DNA of 33,186 bases from an uncultured Saprospiraceae bacterium (GCA_964586035.1 CAZPHZ010000001.1:1-33186); one strand, 5' to 3'; shown: positions 1 to 9,023, numbered from the stretch's first letter. Numbers and translations: made by a program. The notes: a model not told the origin generated them from the letters alone.

Positions 1-56
1 CGCAATCGGTGTGGTGTTACATGTTTTATTGAGTTGCGGTGCTACGTTTCCCGCGG

Positions 57-1523
57 ATGACAAGAGAATTTTTCCTCAACGCCATCTTCCTCATTTTTGT
101 GAACGTGCTCATCAAGCCGTTTTACGTCTTCGGCATCGAGCGCAAGATACAGGACACGGTGGGGGCCGAAACCTACGGCCTCTATGCCACGCTGTTCAGT
201 TTTGCCTTTTTGCTGTTCATCGTCAACGATTTCGGCATCCATTATTTCAATAACCGCACGATAGCCCGGCACCCGCAACTGCTCGACAGGTATTTCCCCA
301 ACATACTGGTGCTCAAGACCATGCTCACCGGCATATACCTCGTGCTGGTGTTTGTGGCCGCCCTCGTGCGGGGTTTCGAGCGGGAGGTATTTTACCTGCT
401 GTTTTTCATCGCCCTCAACCACGTGCTCATCTCGTTGGTGGCCTATCTGCGCTCCAACATCTCCGGGCTTGGGATGTACCGCACCGACAGCGTGGTGTCC
501 ACCCTCGACAAAATCATCCTCATCGTGTTGTGTGCGCTGTTGCTGTGGGGCGGCATTCTTCCGGGCGATTTCCAGATAAAATGGTTCGTGCATGCGCAAA
601 ACATCGCGTGGGGCCTGACGGTCCTCACGGCGTTTTTCATCGTAAAAAAACACCTGCGCCAACCGCTGCGGCTGCGGCTCAACCTGCCGTTTTCCATTGC
701 CGTTTTAAAAAAATCGGCGCCGTATGCGCTGGCTGTTTTTCTGATGACGGCCTACACCCGTCTCGACATCGTCATCCTCGAATGGATGCTGCCGGACGGC
801 AGGCAGGAAGCGGGGATATACGCCGCCGCCTACCGGCTGCTCGATGCGTTCAACATGGTGGGATTCCTGTTTGCCGGGCTGCTGCTGCCCATGTTTGCAA
901 CGCTGCTCCGCAAACGGGAAAAGGGGGCAGCCACCGATGAAGAAATTCCCTCCCTGCTGCGCTTCGCGGTGCAGCTCATCTGGGCGGGCACCATCACGCT
1001 GGCGGTGTCCTGTTTTTTCTTCCGCACGGAAATCATGCTCTGGCTCTACCCGGCCACGGCCACCCCGTATTACGGCGAAGTGCTGGCATGTATCATCCTG
1101 ACGTTGGTGCCGTTCAGCGGCATTTTCATCTACAGCACTCTGCTCACCGCCAATGAGAGTTTGCGGAAAATGAACCGGCTGTTCCTTTTCGGCATCGTGG
1201 TGAATGTGGTGCTGAACCTGTTGCTCATTCCCCACCTGAAAGCCGTGGGCGCGGGAGCTGCCGCCCTTTCCACGCAGGCTTTTGTGCTGGTGGGTCAAAT
1301 GTGGATTGCAAAAAAGGAACTCCGGCTGCCCACCGGGCTGCGGCAGGTGGCCAAAGTGTCGGGATTCGTCACTGTCGTGGTTTTGGCCGATTGGCAACTC
1401 TACAATTTTGCCGGCGGCAGTTGGCTGTTAAGATTCGGGGCAGCCATCGCTGCGGGGCTTCTGCTGGCGTTCATATTCCGCCTCATCCGGCTGAAAATGC
1501 TGTTCGATTTGGTGAAAAGATAA
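57..1523 (+). CDS. Polysaccharide biosynthesis flippase (MOP/Wzx-like multi-pass membrane protein)
   Basis: ORF 39..1523 is hydrophobic throughout with many predicted helices. The N-terminus MTREFFLNAIFLIFVNVLIKPFYVFGIERKIQ resembles Bacteroidota Wzx-type flippases. An in-frame TGA at 30-32 closes the frame, so the gene starts inside the window. ATG 57 is preferred over GTG 39. Wzz- and Wzy-like genes follow. Confidence 0.85.
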   Translation: MTREFFLNAIFLIFVNVLIKPFYVFGIERKIQDTVGAETYGLYATLFSFAFLLFIVNDFGIHYFNNRTIARHPQLLDRYFPNILVLKTMLTGIYLVLVFVAALVRGFEREVFYLLFFIALNHVLISLVAYLRSNISGLGMYRTDSVVSTLDKIILIVLCALLLWGGILPGDFQIKWFVHAQNIAWGLTVLTAFFIVKKHLRQPLRLRLNLPFSIAVLKKSAPYALAVFLMTAYTRLDIVILEWMLPDGRQEAGIYAAAYRLLDAFNMVGFLFAGLLLPMFATLLRKREKGAATDEEIPSLLRFAVQLIWAGTITLAVSCFFFRTEIMLWLYPATATPYYGEVLACIILTLVPFSGIFIYSTLLTANESLRKMNRLFLFGIVVNVVLNLLLIPHLKAVGAGAAALSTQAFVLVGQMWIAKKELRLPTGLRQVAKVSGFVTVVVLADWQLYNFAGGSWLLRFGAAIAAGLLLAFIFRLIRLKMLFDLVKR

Positions 1524-1560
1524 AACCCCGCCCAAACTCCTTACTTTTGCCCGGTATTTT

Positions 1561-1612
1561 GAATGGTTGGATGGTTGGAAATCCATTTAGCCATTCAACC
1601 ACTCAGCCATTC
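1561..1612 (+). repeat. Inverted array of 8-nt words forming an imperfect hairpin just upstream of the Wzz-like start
   Basis: GAATGGTT GGATGGTT (1561-1576) versus AACCACTC AGCCATTC (1597-1612). About 15 of 16 positions can pair, counting G-U. The right side is a tandem set ATTTAGCC ATTCAACC ACTCAGCC ATTCAAC. It ends 8 nt before ATG 1621. Confidence 0.6.
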
Positions 1613-1620
1613 AACTTTTC

Positions 1621-2736
1621 ATGGAGCATAAAGACAACCTGCTCGGCGTCGTCGAGACCATTTTCAAGTGGAAAAAAATCATCCTCATCACCTGCCTCGT
1701 GACGGCAGTTGGGACGGCCATCATTACGCTGCTGCTGCCGGTGTATTACAAATCCACCACTATATTTTATGCCGCCAGCCCCGACCTGGCCATACCTGAA
1801 ACCATTTTCGGCACCTCCACCCAGGCGCCCAATTATTACGGCACCGAAAACGATATGGACCGGCTGTTGAGCATTGCCAATTCGGGTGAGTTGGCGACTT
1901 TTATGATTGACTCATTCAACCTGTACGAGCATTACGACATCGATAGCAGAAGCCCGCTCGGGCCCTACAGCATCCGGCTGAAATTTGCGAAGTATTTTGA
2001 TGTGGTAAAAACCAAATACGACGCCATCGAGCTGTCGGTGGAAGACCGGGACAAAGAACTGGCAGCCCGCATGGCAAACGCGGCCCGGGAGCGCATCAAC
2101 TATTTGGGACAAAAGCTCATCAAAGACAGCCAGGCAAAAATCATCACTACTTACGAGGACAACATTCGGCAAAAAGAAAGCGACCTACACAGCCTGAACG
2201 ACAGTTTGCAGCGGGTGAGGCATCGGTATGGCGTTTTTAATCCCCTGGCCCAGTCAGAGGGCTTGTCAGACCTGTTGGCCAAAGCCCAGGCTAAACGCAA
2301 CAACGCTGAAGCAAAGGTGGAAGCGCTGAAAAGTACCGGCAGTTTCCGGGATTCGGTGTTGCTGCTGCAAGCCAACATCAAAGGCTACGCAAATGAAGTG
2401 GTCAAACTCAGGGAACGGCTCGATACTTTCAACAAGGGCATGGCACAAGTGGAGGTGCTCAAAAACACGCAAACCGGAGCGAGCGAACAATTGGCCCAGG
2501 ACAAAGAGCGCTACAAACAAACCAAGGCTTCTTTCGCCTCCGACTTTCCGGCGACACTGTTGCTTGAATCAGGGCCTGTTCCTTTAATAAAATCGCGCCC
2601 AAAAAGGGCACTTACCGTGGTGGCCGCCACCCTCGCCGCTTTCGTTTTCAGCATCTTGGGCGTCGTCATTTTTGAGACTTACCGGGACGTCGATTGGCGA
2701 ACGATTTTGCATTTTAAGACAAGACAAAGGCGATAG
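1621..2736 (+). CDS. Polysaccharide chain-length determinant (Wzz/PCP family, no kinase domain)
   Basis: N-terminal TM helix (KKIILITCLVTAVGTAIITLLLPVYYKS) with a Wzz-type start. A long coiled-coil periplasmic region follows, then a C-terminal TM (RALTVVAATLAAFVFSILGVVIFE). It lies between the flippase and the Wzy-like gene. Confidence 0.85.
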   Translation: MEHKDNLLGVVETIFKWKKIILITCLVTAVGTAIITLLLPVYYKSTTIFYAASPDLAIPETIFGTSTQAPNYYGTENDMDRLLSIANSGELATFMIDSFNLYEHYDIDSRSPLGPYSIRLKFAKYFDVVKTKYDAIELSVEDRDKELAARMANAARERINYLGQKLIKDSQAKIITTYEDNIRQKESDLHSLNDSLQRVRHRYGVFNPLAQSEGLSDLLAKAQAKRNNAEAKVEALKSTGSFRDSVLLLQANIKGYANEVVKLRERLDTFNKGMAQVEVLKNTQTGASEQLAQDKERYKQTKASFASDFPATLLLESGPVPLIKSRPKRALTVVAATLAAFVFSILGVVIFETYRDVDWRTILHFKTRQRR

Positions 2737-2787
2737 ACATTGGACATTAGATGATAGACGATAGACATTAGACGATAGACGATAGAC
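2732..2787 (+). repeat. Tandem heptamer array, 8 units (GATAGAC/ATTAGAC type)
   Basis: GATAGAC ATTGGAC ATTAGAT GATAGAC GATAGAC ATTAGAC GATAGAC GATAGAC read directly from the sequence. It contains the Wzz stop (2734-2736) and ends 2 nt before TTG 2790. Confidence 0.95.
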
Positions 2788-2789
2788 TG

Positions 2790-4259
2790 TTGAAACAATC
2801 TTTAGCCACGACCGGCCGGCAGACGCGCACCTTGCTGATAGCCTTTAGTGCCGTCCTCATCGCCAGCTTGCTGACGGGGGCGGCGGGTTATTGGTATTTT
2901 CTGGCCGGCATTCCGGCATTGGCGCTGTACGGTTATTTGGCGGTGGTGGATTTTAAAAAAGTGTTTTTTTTGTTATTGGCTTTTTTACCTCTCACCGTGG
3001 AGGTATGGCTGCCCAATGGAACTGTAACCGATCTTCCCACGGAACCAATGATGGTGTTGATGATGGGCATCTACATTTTGTACGCCCTGAAAAACGGGAG
3101 GAGAATGTTGGCCAATTTTGTACGTCACCCCATTGCGCTGCTGTTGCTGCTCCATCTCGCCTGGATGTTTTTTACGGTTATCAATTCGGAGGACTTTGTT
3201 ATTTCACTCAAATTCTTTCTGGCAAAAATCTGGTACGTCACCACCTTTTTCTTCCTTGCAGGCACCCTGCTGAAAACTGAAAAAGACGTAAAATCCATTA
3301 TTTGGGTGGTACTCGTTCCCCTCGTATTTACCATACTCTACGTGCTGATGCGCCACGCCAATTACGGGTTCAGCTTCGCAGAGGTCAACAAAGTGATGTT
3401 CCCATTTTACCGAAACAAAGTGGCCTATGCCTGCATGTTGACCGTTTTTCTGCCATTTGTGTGGCTGGGTCGCGGCTGGTACCGAAAATACTCTTCCTCG
3501 TGGTGGCTGTTGCTGGCTGCTGCGCTCCTAATTTTAGTGGGCATCCAGTTTTCTTATACACGCGCAGCGTATATCACCCTCGCAATGGCCGCCGGTAGTT
3601 ATTTTATTGTGCGATGGCGGCTGATGAAAATCACCCTGACGGTGGCGGCCATTGGAGGAGTGCTATTCGTGGCCGGACAACTTCATCACCGCACCTGGCT
3701 CGACGAAAAGCCTACTTACGAAAAAACCATAACACACGAGCGATTCGACGACCTCCTCAGCGCCACCACTAAAGGGCGCGACGTTTCTACCATGGAACGG
3801 GTTTACCGGTGGGTGGCCGGAGCCCATATGGTGGCCGATAAGCCATGGCTGGGATTTGGCCCCGGCACTTTCACCAAATATTATAAATCGTATACCGTCA
3901 CGGGATTCACCACCTATGTCAGTGCCAACCCGGAAGGTTCGGGAATACATTGTTATTACCTCATGACGTTTGTGGACCAGGGATTCGTGGGAGGGCTGCT
4001 GTTTTTGGCGCTCGTGGCTTTTGTTCTCCTTAAAGCCGAGGTCATTTACCACCAAACTACGGACCCCAATCGCCGCCGCATCGTCTTGATAGCCATTCTC
4101 ACCACCGTCGTCATCGACGGGCTGCTGCTCATGAACGATTTGGTGGAAACAGACAAGACAGGCTCCTTTTTCTTCATGTGCATGGCGCTGCTTATAAATG
4201 TGGACATCGGGAATAAAGATAAACGACCGGAGGAAGTCCTGCACCAAAGGCCGGGATGA
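2790..4259 (+). CDS. O-antigen ligase/polymerase family membrane protein (Wzy_C-like)
   Basis: About 10-12 hydrophobic helices. Motifs FSYTRAAYITLAMAAG and PWLGFGPGTF are typical of the O-antigen ligase/Wzy family. The frame is closed by TAG 2769-2771, so TTG 2790 is the first possible start (next is TTG 2832), and the start codon is uncertain. Confidence 0.8.
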   Translation: MKQSLATTGRQTRTLLIAFSAVLIASLLTGAAGYWYFLAGIPALALYGYLAVVDFKKVFFLLLAFLPLTVEVWLPNGTVTDLPTEPMMVLMMGIYILYALKNGRRMLANFVRHPIALLLLLHLAWMFFTVINSEDFVISLKFFLAKIWYVTTFFFLAGTLLKTEKDVKSIIWVVLVPLVFTILYVLMRHANYGFSFAEVNKVMFPFYRNKVAYACMLTVFLPFVWLGRGWYRKYSSSWWLLLAAALLILVGIQFSYTRAAYITLAMAAGSYFIVRWRLMKITLTVAAIGGVLFVAGQLHHRTWLDEKPTYEKTITHERFDDLLSATTKGRDVSTMERVYRWVAGAHMVADKPWLGFGPGTFTKYYKSYTVTGFTTYVSANPEGSGIHCYYLMTFVDQGFVGGLLFLALVAFVLLKAEVIYHQTTDPNRRRIVLIAILTTVVIDGLLLMNDLVETDKTGSFFFMCMALLINVDIGNKDKRPEEVLHQRPG

Positions 4260-4328
4260 AAAACGGCAGGAGGAAGATTAGCCCAGGCATACAGTTGCCG
4301 CATAATTCCTTTCCGTGCCTCAGGCACT

Positions 4329-5738
4329 TCACCGCAACCCTAACAATGCCACCGTCTCCACATGGTGGGTATGCGGAAACATATCCACTGGCTGGATTTT
4401 CAGTAGGTCGTATTTCTCTTTTAGCAGGCTGATGTCACGGGCTTGTGTGGCAGGGTTGCAACTCACGTACACTATTTTGGGGGCTTCTAATTGAAGGAAC
4501 ATATCCACCACACTGACGTGCATGCCGGCCCGGGGAGGGTCGGTGATGACCAGGTCGGGCTTTCCGTGCTTTTCAGCGAATTCACTGGTGAGAATGTCTT
4601 TCACGTCTCCAGCATAGAAAATGCAATTGGTGGTACCGTTCATCCGCGCGTTTTCCACGGCATCCACTATGGCCTCCGGCACTTCTTCAATACCCACCAC
4701 CTGTTTGCAATATTTAGCTACATACAATGCGATGCTGCCGACTCCGGTGTACAGGTCGTAGACAGTTTCTATACCGGTCAATCCCGCAAATTCCACCACC
4801 TTGTCGTAAAGCACTTTGGCCTGCCAGGAGTTGGTCTGGAAGAACGACTTGGGGCCAATTTTAAACCGCACATGGCCCAATTGCTCTTCGATAAAGGGTT
4901 TCCCGTGGTAGCCTATTATGTCGAGGTCGAGCACATAATCGTTCATCTTTGAATTGATGCAATAAAAAACGCTGGTTAGCATTGGCACCTTTTCAATCAA
5001 TGCGTCGAGGTAACGATTTATTTTCTCCGGGTCGTCTTCAAAAAAGCTAACGATGAGCATCAGTTCGCCGATAGACGAAAGGCGAATCATGATGTGCCTC
5101 ATGAAACCGTCATTTTGGCGGAGGTCGAAAAAAGTAAGGCCCTGTTCGATGGCGACTGCTTTCGCCGCCAGGCGCAATTCATTAGAGGGGTCTGCCTGCA
5201 GCCAGCAGTGTTGAATGTCCACGATTTTGTCGAAAGCACCGGGACGGTGAAAACCCAACACATCCTCCATGTTGGTGGCACCGGTATTCAACTCTTCTTT
5301 CGTCAGCCAGCGCTTATCCGAAAAGGCATATTCCAGCTTGTTGCGATAATAAGTCGTATGGTCACAAGGCACGATGGGCAGAAACTCTTCCGGTTTAATT
5401 TTGGCTATTCTAAAAATGGCATCGCTCACTACCCGCTCTTTGTAATGAATCTGCGCAGAGTAGCTGAGATGTTGCCAGCGGCAGCCTCCGCAAACGCCGA
5501 AATGTTCGCAAAACGGCTCCACTCGGTGCTCCGATAACTTGTGGTAATGGATGGCATACCCATCCATGTAGTCTTTCTTTTTTTTGATGATTCGGGCATC
5601 TACCACGTCGCCTGGCGCTACATGTTCAACAAAAATGACTCGTCCATCGGCATCCCGGCCCACACCTCGTCCCTTATCGGCCATACCGGTGATTTCTATT
5701 TCCTGAACGATTATTGGTTTTCTCTTCCTCCTGCCCAT
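4329..5738 (-). CDS. rlmD: 23S rRNA (uracil-C5)-methyltransferase RlmD/RumA family
   Basis: N-terminal TRAM-like domain (IEITGMADKGRGVGR), Fe-S cysteine cluster CEHFGVCGGCRWQH, SAM-binding DLYTGVGSIAL, and C-terminal VYVSCNPATQARD. Start is set at the internal ATG (MGRRKRKP, 5738) rather than the ORF-track start at 5798. Confidence 0.93.
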   Translation of the reverse strand: MGRRKRKPIIVQEIEITGMADKGRGVGRDADGRVIFVEHVAPGDVVDARIIKKKKDYMDGYAIHYHKLSEHRVEPFCEHFGVCGGCRWQHLSYSAQIHYKERVVSDAIFRIAKIKPEEFLPIVPCDHTTYYRNKLEYAFSDKRWLTKEELNTGATNMEDVLGFHRPGAFDKIVDIQHCWLQADPSNELRLAAKAVAIEQGLTFFDLRQNDGFMRHIMIRLSSIGELMLIVSFFEDDPEKINRYLDALIEKVPMLTSVFYCINSKMNDYVLDLDIIGYHGKPFIEEQLGHVRFKIGPKSFFQTNSWQAKVLYDKVVEFAGLTGIETVYDLYTGVGSIALYVAKYCKQVVGIEEVPEAIVDAVENARMNGTTNCIFYAGDVKDILTSEFAEKHGKPDLVITDPPRAGMHVSVVDMFLQLEAPKIVYVSCNPATQARDISLLKEKYDLLKIQPVDMFPHTHHVETVALLGLR

Positions 5739-6097
5739 ATTTATTAGCTTGTTTTCGCAGCAAATTTCAGGATGTTTTTTGAGAACATAACCCCCCACCC
5801 GAATTTTTCCTCCCCATCTGTCGTGAACGGGTGACGGCCTTGTGATAAAAGCGACTCTGAATTCAATGGGGCGATTCGATGGGAATCATTCAGAAATATA
5901 CTGCCCCCGATGAACTATGCCGGGCAATTGTATGAGTATTTTATGGCAAAAATGTGGTGACTGGAAATTCCATGAGCCGTCTTACATTCTGAACGATGTG
6001 TTTTGAAGGAGGGGCAATTCGTCGAAAAACAAATCCATTATTGCTCTTTACGTGTTTAATTTTCACTGTTTTTTTAAATCGACAAAATTTTTTGAAA

Positions 6098-6778
6098 ATG
6101 GGTATGCTTTATTGGGTATTAGTTATTGGAATGTCCGTCGTTGGATTTGTCATCAGCAACCGATTGAAAGGCAAATTCAAAAAATACAGCCAGGTGGGAC
6201 TGCGCTCCGGCATGGATGGCAAAGAAGTGGCCGAAGCTATGCTCCGGCATTATGGCATCGGCGATGTGAAGATTTCGCAGGGCAAAGGAATGCTCACCGA
6301 CCATTACAACCCAATATCCAAAACGGTAATGCTGAGTCCGCAGGTTTATCAGGGGCGAAATGTCGCTGCCGCTGCAGTGGCTGCTCATGAATGTGGCCAT
6401 GCCGTGCAGCATGCAGAAGCATACGCATGGCTCAAGATGCGATCTGCCTTGGTGCCAGTTGTAAATGTGGCGGCCATGGCCCAACAATGGTTGCTACTCG
6501 CCGCATTTTTTCTGTTCCAGTCTTTTCCTCAGCTTTTGCTGATCGCCATCGTCGCGTTCGCCGTCACAACCCTTTTTGCGTTCATCACACTGCCGGTGGA
6601 ATTCGACGCCAGCCGGCGGGCATTGGTTTGGCTCGACGAAAGCAATGTCGCACAAGGCGCCGAATACGAGGGCGCCAAAGACGCGCTTTGGTGGGCCGCC
6701 ATGACCTATGTTTCGGCAGCGCTATCGGCATTGGTGATGTTGCTCTACCTCGTGCTGAGGTACATGGGGCGGAGATGA
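6098..6778 (+). CDS. Zinc metallopeptidase, YugP/Zn_peptidase_2 family membrane protein
   Basis: Family-typical N-terminus MGMLYWVLVIGMSVVGFVISNRLKGKFKKYS, HExxH motif (AHECGHAVQH) and C-terminal TM helices. ATG 6098 is chosen because it gives the family-typical N-terminus. Confidence 0.9.
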   Translation: MGMLYWVLVIGMSVVGFVISNRLKGKFKKYSQVGLRSGMDGKEVAEAMLRHYGIGDVKISQGKGMLTDHYNPISKTVMLSPQVYQGRNVAAAAVAAHECGHAVQHAEAYAWLKMRSALVPVVNVAAMAQQWLLLAAFFLFQSFPQLLLIAIVAFAVTTLFAFITLPVEFDASRRALVWLDESNVAQGAEYEGAKDALWWAAMTYVSAALSALVMLLYLVLRYMGRR

Positions 6779-6854
6779 TTAGGAATTCGTTCCAAAAACC
6801 TTGTTGAAGAATATATATTTGGCAAGCTTCACAAGGAATTTTGCCTATTTGCAT

Positions 6855-8078
6855 TCAGAACATCAAAGCCAGCAAAAAAGTCAGGACGGTGGCGGCGAAT
6901 CCTACCATGAAAATATTGTAAGAAATTGAAAGGTAGTTGTATTTTTTGTCGAGCACCTTCCCGAGATTGTAGAGGTCGCGGGTCATGTTGCCGTAGAGCA
7001 GCTCGCTGTCATTGAACATTTCGTCCATCAGCTCCTCATATTTTTCCATTTTCAGGGAAACGAAATTCCCAAAGAACACGATGTTTTTCTTGGCCTCGTC
7101 AATGGGCGTGCCTTCGTGAATCAAGGAGGTGACTTTAGGGCGTGCCGCCAAAACGGCAAAAATCAGGGAGGTGAGTCCCGTCACCACAAAAATGATGGCA
7201 GGCATTAAAATGGCGGGATTAGTCTCCGTCATGTTGCGGTAAGAAATCACAGAGATGATTACGGAAATCAGAATGGCGTTCACGCTAATCATGATGTTCG
7301 CCTTATTGTCAGCGATGGAGCTCAGGTTGATGTGGTTCCGATAGTTGGTACGGAAGAAAGTCTGTGTGCCACTGGCAGTCCGGCGTTCCTGATTACGGAT
7401 TTTCCGGTCGTCGAGAGGGTCAACTCTTTTAACTTTTTTTGCCTTTTGCTTTTCCAGCCGGTCTTTCAATGCCACAAAATGAGCGGCAGTCACCGGCTCG
7501 CAGGTTATCTTGCCGTGGGCGGTGTAAAATCGGGCGTTTAGCAATTGCTGGGTTTGGTATTGCTCCCATTCTTCTTTTGAATAATGGAGGTTGAGCAGCA
7601 ACTCCCGTTCGATGCGCAGCAAAGGTGAATTTTCGAAAAAACTCTCCCCGAAATACACAGACCTCACGGCATCGGACAACAACTGCCCAACTGTAGATTT
7701 TGGGGTTTCCCAAAGAATCGTTGCCTTCAAAACAGCGAGGATGGCTCTCTTTTTTCCTGGAGAAAATTGATGGGCATCGAAGAATTTCGTGGCCAATTCG
7801 AGACTCTTTGGCGCAGGGTCCTGATAGTCGAAGAGGAACCCCGCATTTATAAACCAGGCTGCCAGACCGGCCGTTTCCCAATCTCCTGAGGTACTGCCGT
7901 TTGCTTCGGCAAATGTGTTGACAGCTTTGGCGATTTCCATTGTTTGCCGGTAGGAATGGAAAAGGAGTCGTGGGTCAATTTTTTGATTAAAAAGATTGAG
8001 GACATACTGCTGGGCAAGAGCCGAAATATCGGTCTGGGCAAGCATCGGCTCGGAGGTGGGATGTAATTCTTGGCTCAT
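6855..8078 (-). CDS. HD-like (apparently degenerate) N-terminal domain fused to a DUF5706/Pycsar-effector-type 3-TM C-terminal module
   Basis: The C-terminal half has FFRTNYRNHINLSSIADNKANIMISVNAILISVIISVISY plus two further TM helices. I recall this signature from DUF5706 (PycTM-like). The N-terminal helical domain aligns by eye to HD phosphohydrolases but reads FHSYRQT and WFINAG where H..H and HD are expected. Confidence 0.75.
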   Translation of the reverse strand: MSQELHPTSEPMLAQTDISALAQQYVLNLFNQKIDPRLLFHSYRQTMEIAKAVNTFAEANGSTSGDWETAGLAAWFINAGFLFDYQDPAPKSLELATKFFDAHQFSPGKKRAILAVLKATILWETPKSTVGQLLSDAVRSVYFGESFFENSPLLRIERELLLNLHYSKEEWEQYQTQQLLNARFYTAHGKITCEPVTAAHFVALKDRLEKQKAKKVKRVDPLDDRKIRNQERRTASGTQTFFRTNYRNHINLSSIADNKANIMISVNAILISVIISVISYRNMTETNPAILMPAIIFVVTGLTSLIFAVLAARPKVTSLIHEGTPIDEAKKNIVFFGNFVSLKMEKYEELMDEMFNDSELLYGNMTRDLYNLGKVLDKKYNYLSISYNIFMVGFAATVLTFLLALMF

Positions 8079-8181
8079 CTAAAAAGTTTCTGTTCAGATT
8101 GCAAGATAACCTGATTTATTATAAAAATTAGAATTTCATAGTTAGTTTGGTTGAGGTTACTCTCTATTGGCGTACAATTGC

Positions 8182-8189
8182 TATTTTTG
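8182..8189 (+). promoter_or_regulatory. Candidate Bacteroidota -7 box TATTTTTG upstream of the DUF937 gene
   Basis: Matches TAnnTTTG. No well-spaced -33 TTG. It would give a leader of about 130 nt. Confidence 0.3.
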
Positions 8190-8323
8190 AAAGCGCAATA
8201 GGGGAGCGCATTGTCTTATTAAAATAATTCGTCAAAAAAATATTTGAGACTTTCCGGCAATTCCCCGTCTAAACGATGGATTTTACCATCCCTCTTTATT
8301 TATTCACTTCTTAAAAATACAAC

Positions 8324-8950
8324 ATGGCAAACCTTCTCGATTTATTACAAGGTCAAATGAACGATAGTATGATTGACCAACTCTCTGGCAAATTAGGCGG
8401 AGCCGGAAAAAAACAAACAGCAACAGCGGCGCAGGGCATTATGTCCACTTTGGTGAGCGCACTCGCTAAAAATGCGGCAAGCCCCGAAGGTGTCAGCGGC
8501 CTTGCAAATGCGCTCGACCGCGACCACGATGGCAGCATCCTCGATAACCTGACCGGCCTGCTCGGTGGCAAAGAAAAGCCCCGCCCGGAACAGGAACGCG
8601 CCCTCAATGGCACAGGCATAGTAAAACATCTGCTCGGCGACCGTCAAAATGGCGCCGTTGATATGATCAGCAAGATGAGTGGCCTCGACTCCGGCAAAAC
8701 CGGCAATCTCATGAGCATGCTCGCTCCCGTGGTCATGGGCATGCTCGGCAAGCAAAAGCGCGAACAAGGGCTCGACCTTGGCGGTTTGTCTGGCTTGCTT
8801 TCAGGCACCGTCACCCAACAAAAGAGCTCCGGCAATCCGCTCATGGACATGGCCACCAGCTTCCTCGACAAAGATGGTGACGGCAGCGCACTCGACGACG
8901 TGGCAGGCATGGTGGGCAAAGGACTGCTCGGCAAGCTTTTCGGACGTTGA
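8324..8950 (+). CDS. DUF937 family protein with two DxDxDG calcium-loop-like motifs
   Basis: Gly/Leu-rich sequence starting MANLLDLLQGQMNDSMIDQLSGKLG is typical of DUF937. Motifs DRDHDGSILD (aa 65-74) and DKDGDGSALD (aa 182-191). Confidence 0.8.
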   Translation: MANLLDLLQGQMNDSMIDQLSGKLGGAGKKQTATAAQGIMSTLVSALAKNAASPEGVSGLANALDRDHDGSILDNLTGLLGGKEKPRPEQERALNGTGIVKHLLGDRQNGAVDMISKMSGLDSGKTGNLMSMLAPVVMGMLGKQKREQGLDLGGLSGLLSGTVTQQKSSGNPLMDMATSFLDKDGDGSALDDVAGMVGKGLLGKLFGR

Positions 8951-8988
8951 TACGCAAGCTTTTTCCTGAAAGGTTCCACTTTGAGCAG

Positions 8989-9023
8989 ATGGAGGGGAGC
9001 GGTAAATAAGCTGGCCCCTCCAT
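8989..9023. terminator. Hairpin between convergent DUF937 and rsmG genes
   Basis: ATGGAGGGG (8989-8997) pairs with CCCCTCCAT (9015-9023). 9-bp stem, 17-nt loop, no U tract. Confidence 0.45.

Noticed and set aside
2732-2787. Possibility that the tandem arrays are a CRISPR array
   Set aside because: The units are 7 nt and directly abut with no spacers. There are no cas genes. The arrays are far too short and regular to be CRISPR.
6855-8078. Calling this a canonical Pycsar defence system
   Set aside because: No pyrimidine cyclase or cyclic-nucleotide-binding domain is visible in the gene or its neighbours. Only the effector-type membrane module is present, so I report it only as an orphan fusion of interest.
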